A stretch of DNA of 64,000 nucleotides from a virus. Location: positions 126,603 to 190,602 of IMG/VR virus record IMGVR_UViG_3300027749_000039. One strand, 5' to 3'. How positions within the stretch are numbered: the first letter of the stretch is position 1; each line of letters opens with the position of its first letter. Under the pieces are notes generated by a model. That model searched no databases. It was not told where the DNA came from and was given only the letters and a program-made list of their open reading frames with translations. This document shows, piece after piece, positions 46,114-55,879 of the stretch. Made by a program: the position numbers and the translations under genes.

Positions 46114-46185
46114 AGTCCAATAGTGTAACGGTTAGCACAACTCTCTTTGACAGAGTTAGTCTTGGTTCGAATCCAGGTTGAACTA
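46114..46185 (+). tRNA. tRNA-Gln(TTG), second
   Basis: ACTCT-CTTTGAC-AGAGT. Confidence 0.85.
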
Positions 46186-46191
46186 CTACAA

Positions 46192-46262
46192 TGTTCTATG
46201 ATGTAATGGTAGCATAAGAGCTTCTGATTCTCTTTGTATTGGTTCGAGTCCAATTAGAACAA
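46192..46262 (+). tRNA. tRNA-Gln(CTG)
   Basis: AGAG-C-TTCTGAT-T-CTCT. Confidence 0.82.
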
Positions 46263-46279
46263 CTAAAAATAATAATTTT

Positions 46280-47869
46280 ATGAATTTTATAGAAGAAAAA
46301 ATTATTGAAAAAGTAAATCGTGGAATTAAGCCGGTGCTTCGCTTTCCGCCCGAACCAAACGGAAAATCATTGCACTTGGGGCATGCCAAGTCAATGTGTT
46401 TAAATTTTGGATTGGCAGAGAAATATAATGGTGAATGTAATTTAAGGTTTGATGATACAAATCCTTCTGCTGAAAAAGCGGAATATGTAGATGCAATCAT
46501 TAATGATATAAAGTGGCTTGGATTTACTCCAACACGTATAGAACACACATCTAATTATTTTGAAATAATATTTGAATATGCGGTTAGATTAATTGAAAAA
46601 GGGTTAGCATATGTTGATGATTCTACATCAGAAGAAATTGCTAGTATGAAAGGAACTCTTAATGCACCTGGTATTGATTCACCATATAAATCAAGAACTA
46701 TTTCCGAAAACTTAGATTTATTTTATCGTATGAGAAATGGTGAATTTAATAATGGTAAAAAAACATTAAGATTAAATATTGACATGACTTCACCTAATAT
46801 GATATTAAGAGATCCAGTTATATATCGGATTATGCATGAAACACATCATAATACAGGTGATAAATGGTGTATATATCCTTTATATGATTTTGCGCATCCG
46901 ATATCTGATTATATTGAAAGTATATCTGATTCATTATGTACCTTGGAGTTTGAAGTTCATAGACCATTGTATAATTGGATATTAGAAAATTTAGATTTAA
47001 AATATCCGTTACCTGAGGAAACTGAGTTTGCTCGTTTAAATGTTTCTTATAATGTAATGAGTAAGAGGAAGTTAAAAACATTAGTAGATGAAAATTATGT
47101 AACAGATTGGGATGATCCAAGATTATTAACATTATCTGGATTAAGAAGAAAAGGATATACACCGACATCAATTAAATCATTTTGTGAAACAGTTGGTTAC
47201 ACTAAAAGAGATTCTTTGATTGATTTTAGACTATTAGAAGAGTGTTTACGTTCTGACTTAAATAAGTTAGCATTAAGATATATGGTCGTTTTAAATCCAC
47301 TTAAAATTACTATTATTAATTATAGTGGTGAAGAAAAATGTGTTATTGAAAATAATCCTGAAAATGTAGAAGATGGAATAAGAGAAGTTATTTTTACTAA
47401 GGAATTATTTATTGAAGCAGATGATTTTAGAGAAATCGCTAATAACAAATATCATAGATTAAAAATAGGTGGTGAAGTTAGATTAAAGGGAGCTTATATT
47501 ATAAAAGCAGAAGAAGTAGTAAAAGATGAATTAGGTAATATAATTGAAGTTAAATGTATTTATGATCCTACTACTAAATCAGGTGAATCTGATAGAAAAG
47601 TAAAGGGCACTATACATTGGGTATCTACTTCTTATAATAAAGAAATTATTGTAAATGAGTATGAAAATTTATTTACAGAAGAAATACCAGAAACTTTTGA
47701 TATTATCAAAAGTTTAATAATAAGTAAACCTGCAATAGCAGAATTAGCAATAGAAAATACTGTTATTAACAAAGCAGTTCAATTTATGAGGAATGGCTAC
47801 TTTACTTTAGATAAAGATGGTAGTTTTATAAAAACAGTGTCATTAAAAGATGGATTTAAAGAAAAATAA
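46280..47869 (+). CDS. glnS: Glutaminyl-tRNA synthetase
   Basis: RFPPEPNG.SLHLGHAKS, LRFDDTNP, SLCTLEF, VMSKRKL, beta-barrel KVKGTIHWVS. Confidence 0.96.
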   Translation: MNFIEEKIIEKVNRGIKPVLRFPPEPNGKSLHLGHAKSMCLNFGLAEKYNGECNLRFDDTNPSAEKAEYVDAIINDIKWLGFTPTRIEHTSNYFEIIFEYAVRLIEKGLAYVDDSTSEEIASMKGTLNAPGIDSPYKSRTISENLDLFYRMRNGEFNNGKKTLRLNIDMTSPNMILRDPVIYRIMHETHHNTGDKWCIYPLYDFAHPISDYIESISDSLCTLEFEVHRPLYNWILENLDLKYPLPEETEFARLNVSYNVMSKRKLKTLVDENYVTDWDDPRLLTLSGLRRKGYTPTSIKSFCETVGYTKRDSLIDFRLLEECLRSDLNKLALRYMVVLNPLKITIINYSGEEKCVIENNPENVEDGIREVIFTKELFIEADDFREIANNKYHRLKIGGEVRLKGAYIIKAEEVVKDELGNIIEVKCIYDPTTKSGESDRKVKGTIHWVSTSYNKEIIVNEYENLFTEEIPETFDIIKSLIISKPAIAELAIENTVINKAVQFMRNGYFTLDKDGSFIKTVSLKDGFKEK

Positions 47870-47881
47870 AACAATTAAATT

Positions 47882-48509
47882 ATGAGAGAGTATAGAAATG
47901 GAAATGTATATAAGTTGCACGATTCTATGTTTATAATAACTGGAGAAAGAACTATTAATGGTAAAAAAATAACTGATTGGGTTTCATTTGAACATGAAGC
48001 TATGAGTGGATGCACACCAAATGAAACAGAATTAGTAAGTGAAATGTGTTGGGAGTGTGATACTAACGATTCTGAATATCCTGATTATGAGTGTGAGAAT
48101 TGTAAAGGCACTGGATATTATAAGAAAGAGAGATTGGGAATGGATAGGGCAACTTATTTAGCATCTAGTGTTAAAAAGTATATTATAGATAAGATGTTGG
48201 GTAATTTTGACTTTAATGTATATTTGTCTATGTAATATATACATTATGGCAAGAAAGAAAAAAATACCGGCAAAAAATGATAAAAAACTTAGAGTAGGTA
48301 TGAGAGTTCTTTTGAAAAAAAACTATAAATTAGCTGTAGTAGAAAAAATTCATCCAAAATATTCGGATGAATTTGTTGTTTCTTATTATGGTGATCATAA
48401 TAGATTATGTTATGATATAATTACTGAACGTGATGTATTACCTGCCGCTGATTATGAGATAATAAAAAATCGAAATAATCGGATTAATGATATTTTTAGA
48501 GACGATTAA
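47882..48509 (+). CDS. Two hypothetical proteins (47882-48235 with CxxC Zn ribbon; 48207-48509 KOW-like, ending RNNRINDIF)
   Basis: Track ORFs. Confidence 0.55.
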
Positions 48510-48814
48510 TCGTCATAACCATAATTATCATCTTCATGTGGTAAAAATGCTAAAGGTATAATATCATCTCTCATTTCTTCTCTACGTTTAAATATATCTT
48601 CTCCAGGAAATTTTTGTTTCATATATGCAAAATACTGACCTTCTGTTATTTCTTGTAATGTTGATTTCCCACATGCTAGACACGCATCAGCAGTTCCAAC
48701 AACTGGGAATGCTTCTTTACAACTTTTACATACATAATATTTTGCGAATAAATGTGCTGGTGCTAACGGTGCGGTTGGTCCGGCAAAAGCTTCAAAATGT
48801 TTTAGATATTTCAT
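48506..48814 (-). CDS. Zn-ribbon protein starting MKYLKHFEAF (capsid-targeting-like)
   Basis: Internal ATG after a TATATA motif; CKSC/CLAC. Confidence 0.6.
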   Translation of the reverse strand: MKYLKHFEAFAGPTAPLAPAHLFAKYYVCKSCKEAFPVVGTADACLACGKSTLQEITEGQYFAYMKQKFPGEDIFKRREEMRDDIIPLAFLPHEDDNYGYDD

Positions 48815-48866
48815 AAAGTATATATTTAAATATATAAACAAAATTTTACTTTAGAATAAAAAGTCT

Positions 48867-49025
48867 ATGACTGATTTTATATTTATACAAATTGAAGCAT
48901 TAAAATATAATAGCAAAACAGAATTTAGAAAAAATTGTGGTGGTGCTTATATGGCATCGTTAAGAAATGGATGGCTAAATGAAATAACAAACCATATGAA
49001 AAAATATTCAAAAAATGAAGATTAA
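48867..49025 (+). pseudogene. Remnant of the repeat module of the 8490 endonuclease
   Basis: EALKYNSKTEFRKNCGGAYMASLRNGWLNEITNHM aligns with EALKYTNRSEFQYNSGSAYRSAQKNKWLDEICSHM. Confidence 0.65.
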
Positions 49026-50121
49026 TAAATCGGGAGCAAAATTTAGCTCTATAGTTAGTATAGGTGAGAAAATTAAGAAAATAGAAAAAGAAACAGGTGA
49101 AGAATACCTCTATTTGAATAGAGGCGTTACTGATGTTTGTCAAATGGATTTAACAAATATTGTATCTAAAATTGATTTTAATAGCAAAGAAATACAACAT
49201 TATCCACCTAATTTAGGTATTAATTCGTTAAGGGAAAATATATCAAAAGAATATTTCCCTAATATAATTGATGTAGAAAAAAATATAAGTATAATTAACG
49301 GTGGTATGCCATCATTAGATTTATGTATCCAAATTTTGGATACTAAAAAAATATGGTTTCCAAAATTTTACTGGGGTAGCTATCAAAAAATGGCTCAGAT
49401 TCGTAAAAAATCTTATGATTTTTATGAATCATTATCCGATTTTAATTTATCCTTATTGAGTGAAGATGATTGTATATTCATTTGCTCACCATCAAATCCA
49501 ACAGGGTTATTAATAGAAAATGATTATTTATTAGAGATGATTAAAAAAATAACTGATACTGGTGCTATAATAATTTTTGATTCACCATACTATAAGTTAT
49601 TTTACAATGATAATTTTTTTGAAAGAGCATTACAAACAGGTGGCGATAATATTATATTATGTGAAAGTTTTTCTAAATGTTATGGATTAAGTGGTATTAG
49701 ATTAGGATTTATATGTTCTTTGCATAAGGAATTTAATGAGGAATTAAATATAAGGATGTTATATGAATTTAATGGGATATCAACAATACCACAATTATTA
49801 ATTAATAATTTAATTTCTACTGATGAAGGTAAAAAAATAATTAATAATTTTCAATCAGAAACAAAAAAACACATATTTGAAAATATAAATTATTTAAAAG
49901 AAAATAATTTATTAGCAGATGAAATATATAATGGTGAAATTCCGGTTGGTATATTTGCTATTATAAATAAAACGGAATTAGAACTTCTAAATAAAAAAAT
50001 AGGCTCCATTGGATTAGACAAGTTCGTTTATCACGACAAAGATACATGGTCATCTTATAGTAGAATATGTGTATCGGTAAATCATGATAGATTCGTAGCA
50101 TTTATGTTAGGTATTTTATAA
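49015..50121 (+). CDS. PLP-dependent aminotransferase class I/II
   Basis: CSPSNPTG, IFDSPY, SFSKCYGLSGIRLG. Confidence 0.9.
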   Translation: MKINKSGAKFSSIVSIGEKIKKIEKETGEEYLYLNRGVTDVCQMDLTNIVSKIDFNSKEIQHYPPNLGINSLRENISKEYFPNIIDVEKNISIINGGMPSLDLCIQILDTKKIWFPKFYWGSYQKMAQIRKKSYDFYESLSDFNLSLLSEDDCIFICSPSNPTGLLIENDYLLEMIKKITDTGAIIIFDSPYYKLFYNDNFFERALQTGGDNIILCESFSKCYGLSGIRLGFICSLHKEFNEELNIRMLYEFNGISTIPQLLINNLISTDEGKKIINNFQSETKKHIFENINYLKENNLLADEIYNGEIPVGIFAIINKTELELLNKKIGSIGLDKFVYHDKDTWSSYSRICVSVNHDRFVAFMLGIL

Positions 50122-50838
50122 TGAAAGTAGTTTGTATTAAAGAATATAAAGTAGCTGGTGAAATAAAAATTAATAAAGAAAATGTTTATACTTTGAAATA
50201 TAGTGTAAACACAGTAGCCGGAACCATCTATAGAATAGAAGGTGTTTGGTTTACTGAAGAAAATGATGGAAGTAATGAATACTTCTATGATTATTTTATA
50301 CCATTATCCGAATGGAGAGATAAACAGATAGATAGTATATTAAATGAGTAAAATGATGGTGTGTATAAGGAGTTTACGTTCCGAAGAACATAAAATAATT
50401 TATGAAGAAACCCATTTTTATAAAGAAGATGAGATATTGTTTGTAACTACTCGTCTTGAAAATGGTTCTGGTATATTCACCGCACAGTATTTTAATGAAA
50501 GTTTTATTTCATTATCGGAATGGAGAGAAAGACAAATTGATGATATACTAAATTAAACATTATTGGATTTCATATCTAAAATAGATATGAAATTAGTATT
50601 TGTTAATCCTGTATGGACAGATAGTGAAAAAAAATTCACATTAAATAAAATATATGATATATTTCTCGAAGGTAATGTTTGGAAAATAACTTGCGATAAT
50701 GGTGAAACAGCTATATATGGCGTCAATAAAACAATTGAAGATATTATACAACGAATAAGAACAAAAAAAAATCCACCATTTATTACACTTGCGGAATGGA
50801 GAGAAAAACAAATAGATAATATATTAAGCGATGAGTAA
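50121..50838 (+). CDS. Three tandem small proteins with the L(A/S)EWR(D/E)xQID motif (50121-50351, 50344-50556, 50563-50838)
   Basis: Shared C-terminal motif. Confidence 0.7.
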
Positions 50839-51670
50839 TTTAATTAAATGGTCGGGAAGCAAAAGTTCACAAGCTAAAAATATAATCAGTTTTTTTCCAA
50901 AAGAATTTAAAGTATATTACGAGCCTTTTGCTGGTGGTGGTTCTATTTTTATGGAATTATTACAAAGTGATATAAAGATAGAGCGTTATATTATTAGTGA
51001 TGTGAATAAAGAGTTAATTGAGGTTTATTTAACGATAAAGGAAAACCCTTATTATCTTATTCATACTTATAAGAAACACTACGATAATTTCAATAGTGGT
51101 GATATTCAGTATAGGAAAGATTACTTTGACAAAGTAAGAAATGAGTTTAATATATCAAAAAAACCAGAAGACTTTTATTGGATAATGAGAACTACCACAA
51201 ATGGTATGCCACGTTATAATAAAAAAGGTGAATTTAATAATTCTTGCCATTTTTCAAGACCTGGTATGAATCCAACTGAAGTTGAAAATAATGTAATGAA
51301 GTGGAGTCAAATTTTTTTTGAAAAAAGTGTTGAGTTTTATAACATAAGTTATGAACTATTATCATCTGGATTTTTAGTTGATAATGAAATTAGACAAGAT
51401 GATTTAATATATTGCGATCCACCATATGAAAATACCAAAGGTATGTATTTTGGTAATTTTAATAATCAAGACTTTATAAAATGGTTAAATACTATAAAAT
51501 CTAAATGGATATTATCTTATGATGGTAAAGTAAATGAAGATAAGGTAAACCATATAGCACCAAATTACAAAAGACATGAGTATTTAATATCGGGTAATTC
51601 TTCATTTAGAAGAGTTATTGGTAATAGTAATGATTCGATAATAAGTGAATCATTATATTTAAATTTCTAA
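50831..51670 (+). CDS. Dam-like (D12 class) DNA adenine methyltransferase
   Basis: IKWSGSKS, YEPFAGGGS, YCDPPY. Confidence 0.92.
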   Translation: MSNLIKWSGSKSSQAKNIISFFPKEFKVYYEPFAGGGSIFMELLQSDIKIERYIISDVNKELIEVYLTIKENPYYLIHTYKKHYDNFNSGDIQYRKDYFDKVRNEFNISKKPEDFYWIMRTTTNGMPRYNKKGEFNNSCHFSRPGMNPTEVENNVMKWSQIFFEKSVEFYNISYELLSSGFLVDNEIRQDDLIYCDPPYENTKGMYFGNFNNQDFIKWLNTIKSKWILSYDGKVNEDKVNHIAPNYKRHEYLISGNSSFRRVIGNSNDSIISESLYLNF

Positions 51671-51672
51671 CT

Positions 51673-51981
51673 ATGAAAAAAGGACAAAAAGTTATAGCTA
51701 AAACTAATATAGATATTAAAAATTGTTGGTTCATGGAAGATTGTTTAATCAAAAAAGATAACTTCTACATAATAGAAAATATATATTCTTCTGATATCTT
51801 AGATAAAGGTGAAGGTATTTTTTATTTAGGTAAAAAAATGGATATAATTAGAATTAATGGTTGTAATTTTCCACATGGAAAGAAACAAATAAATGAAAAG
51901 GATATTACAATTTTTTTTGAAGATTATTTTATATCATTAGCCGAGTGGCGTGATATACAAATAAACTCTATATTAGATTAA
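51673..51981 (+). CDS. Small protein with LAEWRDIQINSILD motif
   Basis: Motif family member. Confidence 0.7.
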   Translation: MKKGQKVIAKTNIDIKNCWFMEDCLIKKDNFYIIENIYSSDILDKGEGIFYLGKKMDIIRINGCNFPHGKKQINEKDITIFFEDYFISLAEWRDIQINSILD

Positions 51982-52129
51982 TTTGTTAATTTCAATTTTT
52001 ATTCTTATCTTTACAAAAAAATATTATGAAATTAATTTTCTTCATTTTAGTTGCTATATTTGCTGGTATTAAAACAGCTCTTATTTGTTTATTTATTTAT
52101 TGGATTTTGCGTTTTTTTAGAATTATCTA

Positions 52130-52684
52130 ATGATTTTATATACCTTACAAGAGGAATTTAAGTTTCTTGAGTTTCAAGAAACAGGTGTGTTAAAAGCACA
52201 TCCTGACATTATATGCGATGATAGTTTCAATAGAGCCTATGAGTGGATAGAAAGTAAGATGAATACATTACTACCTGTATCTGACATGTTATGTAAACAT
52301 CCTATGTGGGCATGGTATAAATATGGTGGTAAAAGAAAACCAGATTTACGAAAAAAACACCTTAACAAATGTGATATATTCTATCGAATTGAGATTGAAA
52401 TTGATGATAGCAAAGTTCTTTTAACAGATTTTGATAATTGGCATTTAGTTTTAAATGCTGATAAAAGGGATATTAAAGAAGAACATACTATATTTGATAT
52501 AGAAGAAGGTGATGATATATCATCTTATATTAAGGAAGGTTTCTTTGTCGAAGACAATAAATTAAAGTATGATTGGAATAATATAATTTTAGATAAAAAT
52601 TCTAATAAGAAATATATTCAAGCTACATTTTGGTATGTTACATTTGATCAAGTAAAATCTTATACAAAACATAAAAGCCGCTAA
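52130..52684 (+). CDS. DUF3841-like protein
   Basis: AYEW..KM...HPMWAW..KPDLR..VLLTDFDNWHLVLN..IQATFW. Confidence 0.7.
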   Translation: MILYTLQEEFKFLEFQETGVLKAHPDIICDDSFNRAYEWIESKMNTLLPVSDMLCKHPMWAWYKYGGKRKPDLRKKHLNKCDIFYRIEIEIDDSKVLLTDFDNWHLVLNADKRDIKEEHTIFDIEEGDDISSYIKEGFFVEDNKLKYDWNNIILDKNSNKKYIQATFWYVTFDQVKSYTKHKSR

Positions 52685-52701
52685 AATTAGCGGCTTTTAT
52701 G

Positions 52702-53292
52702 TTATATTCTAACGTTTGCTGTGACTGTTGAACTAACACCTACTCCATTTGAAGCATTAACGCTTACTGAGTAAGTTGAACCGGGTGAACAGTTTGCTAA
52801 TGTTAATGTATATGTGTTATTTAAAGTTCTTATATTAGTATTTTGATAAGGATTATATTGATTACTTCCAGCATCTTGCGTATTATATATTGGTGAACTA
52901 TCTTTAGTAGACGTTACGTTATATCTCGAAGAACCAGTAGCTGCTGTCCATGTGTAAGTTATATTAAAAGAACCAACTCCATTCGATGCTGATATGCCTG
53001 TAATTGTTATATTGGAAGGTGTTGCAAAATAAAAACTTCTATTAGTCCAAGAAGATTCAAATGCACCCGGTATGTTATTTGACCAATCAACATATTGGAC
53101 ATTACCTATATAATACTGTTTTTTTATTGAAAAAGCATTTGTAGTATCGGAAGTTCCGGGTGTAGAATATCCATAATACGATATTGTAGTTCCGATTCCC
53201 AATGAACCACCAGCACCTGCGGCAGTACCAGACGCATCGTATCTGGTATATAGTGTATTTAAATCAAAATAAATTTGTGTTTGTGAAGGCAT
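52702..53292 (-). CDS. Putative virion protein with C-terminal fibronectin type III-like domain
   Basis: Ser/Thr-rich; TPSNIT..TWT..YNV..PGSTYSVSVNASNGVG. Confidence 0.6.
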   Translation of the reverse strand: MPSQTQIYFDLNTLYTRYDASGTAAGAGGSLGIGTTISYYGYSTPGTSDTTNAFSIKKQYYIGNVQYVDWSNNIPGAFESSWTNRSFYFATPSNITITGISASNGVGSFNITYTWTAATGSSRYNVTSTKDSSPIYNTQDAGSNQYNPYQNTNIRTLNNTYTLTLANCSPGSTYSVSVNASNGVGVSSTVTANVRI

Positions 53293-53352
53293 ATATAATA
53301 TGTTTTTATTATATATTAAATTGTTATAAATAATTTTTTTAATATATAATTT

Positions 53353-53799
53353 ATGCTAAATAACTCCTTATCTGTTTACAAAATATCTTTTAAAAATTCA
53401 TACCAAGTAGTTTCGGATTTAGACCTAGACAAGATTTCTAATTTAGATATAGAATCATCCTTTGATTATAAAGTGGGTGATTCTTTCTATTTTTATGTAA
53501 TTACTACAAAAATAGAAATTAATAAATATATAAAAATACTAGAAAAAAACTTAATAGCTTTTACCTTTGAGGATTTGTCAGATTCTATTATTAATTACCA
53601 ACATGATTTATCTTATAGTAAACAATATCTAGATGACGAGAATACATATATTTACGAAATATTCATGGAAGATTTAAATAGATGGATTTATAGTAAGTTA
53701 GATTTAGATATAGTATTAGATATAATTTCTACAAAAGGTATTGAATCATTAAGAGAGGTTGATAAAAAATTCTTAAAGGACAATTATGAAACAAAATAA
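53353..53799 (+). CDS. Hypothetical protein
   Basis: Follows an AATATATAAT motif. Confidence 0.6.
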   Translation: MLNNSLSVYKISFKNSYQVVSDLDLDKISNLDIESSFDYKVGDSFYFYVITTKIEINKYIKILEKNLIAFTFEDLSDSIINYQHDLSYSKQYLDDENTYIYEIFMEDLNRWIYSKLDLDIVLDIISTKGIESLREVDKKFLKDNYETK

Positions 53800-53853
53800 A
53801 AAATATACGCTATTATTTTGTAAATTCGCTGATAAGTCGTATATTTGTAGTGT

Positions 53854-54369
53854 ATGAAAAACAAATTCCTTTTAAAAACACTTAAAGAACCTTTTGTATT
53901 ATTAATGGTTGGTCCACCATTGACTGGGAAATCCACTGCTATTAAATCTTGGTTAGAAAACTATAATGGTAAAGTTGAAGTTATTTCACGTGATGCAATT
54001 TTATTAGAAGAACATGGTTCGGATGACTATTCAGCGGCGTTTAATGCGCCTGGTATACAGAAAAAAGCTGATAAGATACTTATTTCTAAATTAGAAGATG
54101 CAAATGCCAACAGAAGTAATGTAATAATTGATATGACTAATCTTAATCCAAAAAGAAGAGGGTATAACTTATCTTTTTTTGATGAAGATTATTATAAAGT
54201 TGCGGTTTTATTTCCTATATTATCTTGGGATGAATTTTCCGCTAGAAATGAAAAAAGAAAAATAGAAGAAAATAAGTTTATACCTGAGCATGTTATAAAA
54301 AATATGGTTAATTCTTATTCCTCTATAAAAGATGACGAAGAAATTGATAAGGTTATAAGTTATGATTGA
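53854..54369 (+). CDS. P-loop kinase (polynucleotide-kinase-like, AAA_33 type)
   Basis: MVGPPLTGKST, ISRD, IIDMTNL...RR. Confidence 0.8.
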   Translation: MKNKFLLKTLKEPFVLLMVGPPLTGKSTAIKSWLENYNGKVEVISRDAILLEEHGSDDYSAAFNAPGIQKKADKILISKLEDANANRSNVIIDMTNLNPKRRGYNLSFFDEDYYKVAVLFPILSWDEFSARNEKRKIEENKFIPEHVIKNMVNSYSSIKDDEEIDKVISYD

Positions 54370-54583
54370 TAATTTTCCATTCCCATTTAAGGGATTATGC
54401 AAAAGTTTAGCAATAAAACGGTTTAGTCAGCAACATTTCAAAACTGCTATTAGATTGAGTGCTAAATTATCCGCAAAAGAATTTGCCACTAAAGAAGAAA
54501 GAACTAGAGTAGAGCATCTTATATTTGTGCATCTTAATGCCGCTAGAAGAGCTTTTAAATTAAAAAAGAAAAAGAAAAAATGA
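54362..54583 (+). CDS. Hypothetical basic protein
   Basis: Coupled ORF. Confidence 0.5.
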   Translation: MIDNFPFPFKGLCKSLAIKRFSQQHFKTAIRLSAKLSAKEFATKEERTRVEHLIFVHLNAARRAFKLKKKKKK

Positions 54584-55116
54584 TAACACTAATAGCTGCC
54601 TGTTCTAAAAATAGAGTTATAGGCAAAGATAATACTTTAATTTGGAAAGTCCCAGGTGACTTAAAAAGATTCAAAGAAATAACTACCGGACATACCGTTC
54701 TTATGGGTAGAAAGACTTTTGAATCTATAGGTAAACCTTTACCTAATAGAAGAAATGTGATCTTATCAAGAGTTCATAATCTTAAAATAGAAGGATGTTT
54801 AGTGTATTCCAATCTAAAAGAAGTATTAGAATTATTTGGTAATGACCTATTTATAATAGGTGGTGAGGAAATCTATAGGCAAACTATAGGCTATGCTGAT
54901 TATATTGATTTAACTTTTATTCATAAAGAATATGAAGGTGACGCTTATTTTCCAGAAATACCTTCCCATTTTTTGGAGATTAAATCAAAGAGACAAAATT
55001 TGGAATGCGAGGATTTTAAGTATTCATTTATTACTTATGAACACATTAAGCACCTAAACCACAGACTAAATACAATAGATTTAACACATTTTCCAGATAC
55101 GTTATTTGACAATTAA
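54580..55116 (+). CDS. folA: Dihydrofolate reductase
   Basis: IAACSKNRVIG..LIW..DLKRFK..MGRKTFESIGKPLPNRRN, IIGGEEIY. Confidence 0.95.
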   Translation: MITLIAACSKNRVIGKDNTLIWKVPGDLKRFKEITTGHTVLMGRKTFESIGKPLPNRRNVILSRVHNLKIEGCLVYSNLKEVLELFGNDLFIIGGEEIYRQTIGYADYIDLTFIHKEYEGDAYFPEIPSHFLEIKSKRQNLECEDFKYSFITYEHIKHLNHRLNTIDLTHFPDTLFDN

Positions 55117-55131
55117 TAATTATAGTATATA

Positions 55132-55167
55132 AGTAGTATTATATATATCATGATGTTGACGATCTTT
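55132..55167 (+). repeat. 36-bp exact direct repeat, copy 2
   Basis: Identical to 1360-1395. Confidence 0.85.
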
Positions 55168-55210
55168 TAGAATATCTAGTTATAATCAACCTAACGATAG
55201 ATTCTTCTTA

Positions 55211-55263
55211 AAAAAGAACCTTTATTAACGAAACACTTGTTAATAAAGGTTCTTTTGTTTTTT
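55211..55263. terminator. Long inverted repeat / terminator
   Basis: AAAAGAACCTTTATTAAC..GTTAATAAAGGTTCTTTT. Confidence 0.75.
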
Positions 55264-55448
55264 CTTACTACCACTAAAAATATTTTAAAAATATTTTAAA
55301 AATATGTAAACTTTTGCATAAAAACTGCTTAAAAGATATATCAATATGAATTACAGAAGATTTTAAGAATAAAAAAATCTTAAAATTTTTGAAAAAACTT
55401 TAAAACTTTTGATTTAGATTGAATATAAATTAAAAAAGAAAAAATCGT

Positions 55449-55739
55449 ATGAACAAAGCAGATTTAATCAACCACGTATCCGCTAAGGTGGATTTAACAA
55501 AAACAAAGACTTCCGAAGTAATTGACGCTATCGTTGAAGCAGTAAAAGCATCTTTGAATGCAGGTGAAAAAGTAACTCTTGTAGGTTTTGGTACATTCCA
55601 AACTGCACAAAGAGCTGAAAGAAAGGGTCGTAACCCAAAGAACGGTGCTGAAATACTTATCCCAGCTAAGACTGTTGCTAAGTTTAAGCCAGGTTCTTCT
55701 TTACAAGCTTCTGTAAATGGTGAAACTGAAAACGCTTAA
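55449..55739 (+). CDS. hup: HU family DNA-binding protein
   Basis: MNKADLI..GEKVTLVGFGTF..RKGRNPKNG..IPAKTV.KFKPG. Confidence 0.96.
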   Translation: MNKADLINHVSAKVDLTKTKTSEVIDAIVEAVKASLNAGEKVTLVGFGTFQTAQRAERKGRNPKNGAEILIPAKTVAKFKPGSSLQASVNGETENA

Positions 55740-55879
55740 TTCACTTTAAGTTTTTAAACTATAAGACTTACTAAGAAATTAGTAAGTCTTTTTTTATTAA
55801 CCATATGTTATTATTTATAATGTGTTAATTTTTTTAACAAAATTTTTGTTTTGTTAAAATTTTGTTGTATCTTTATAAC

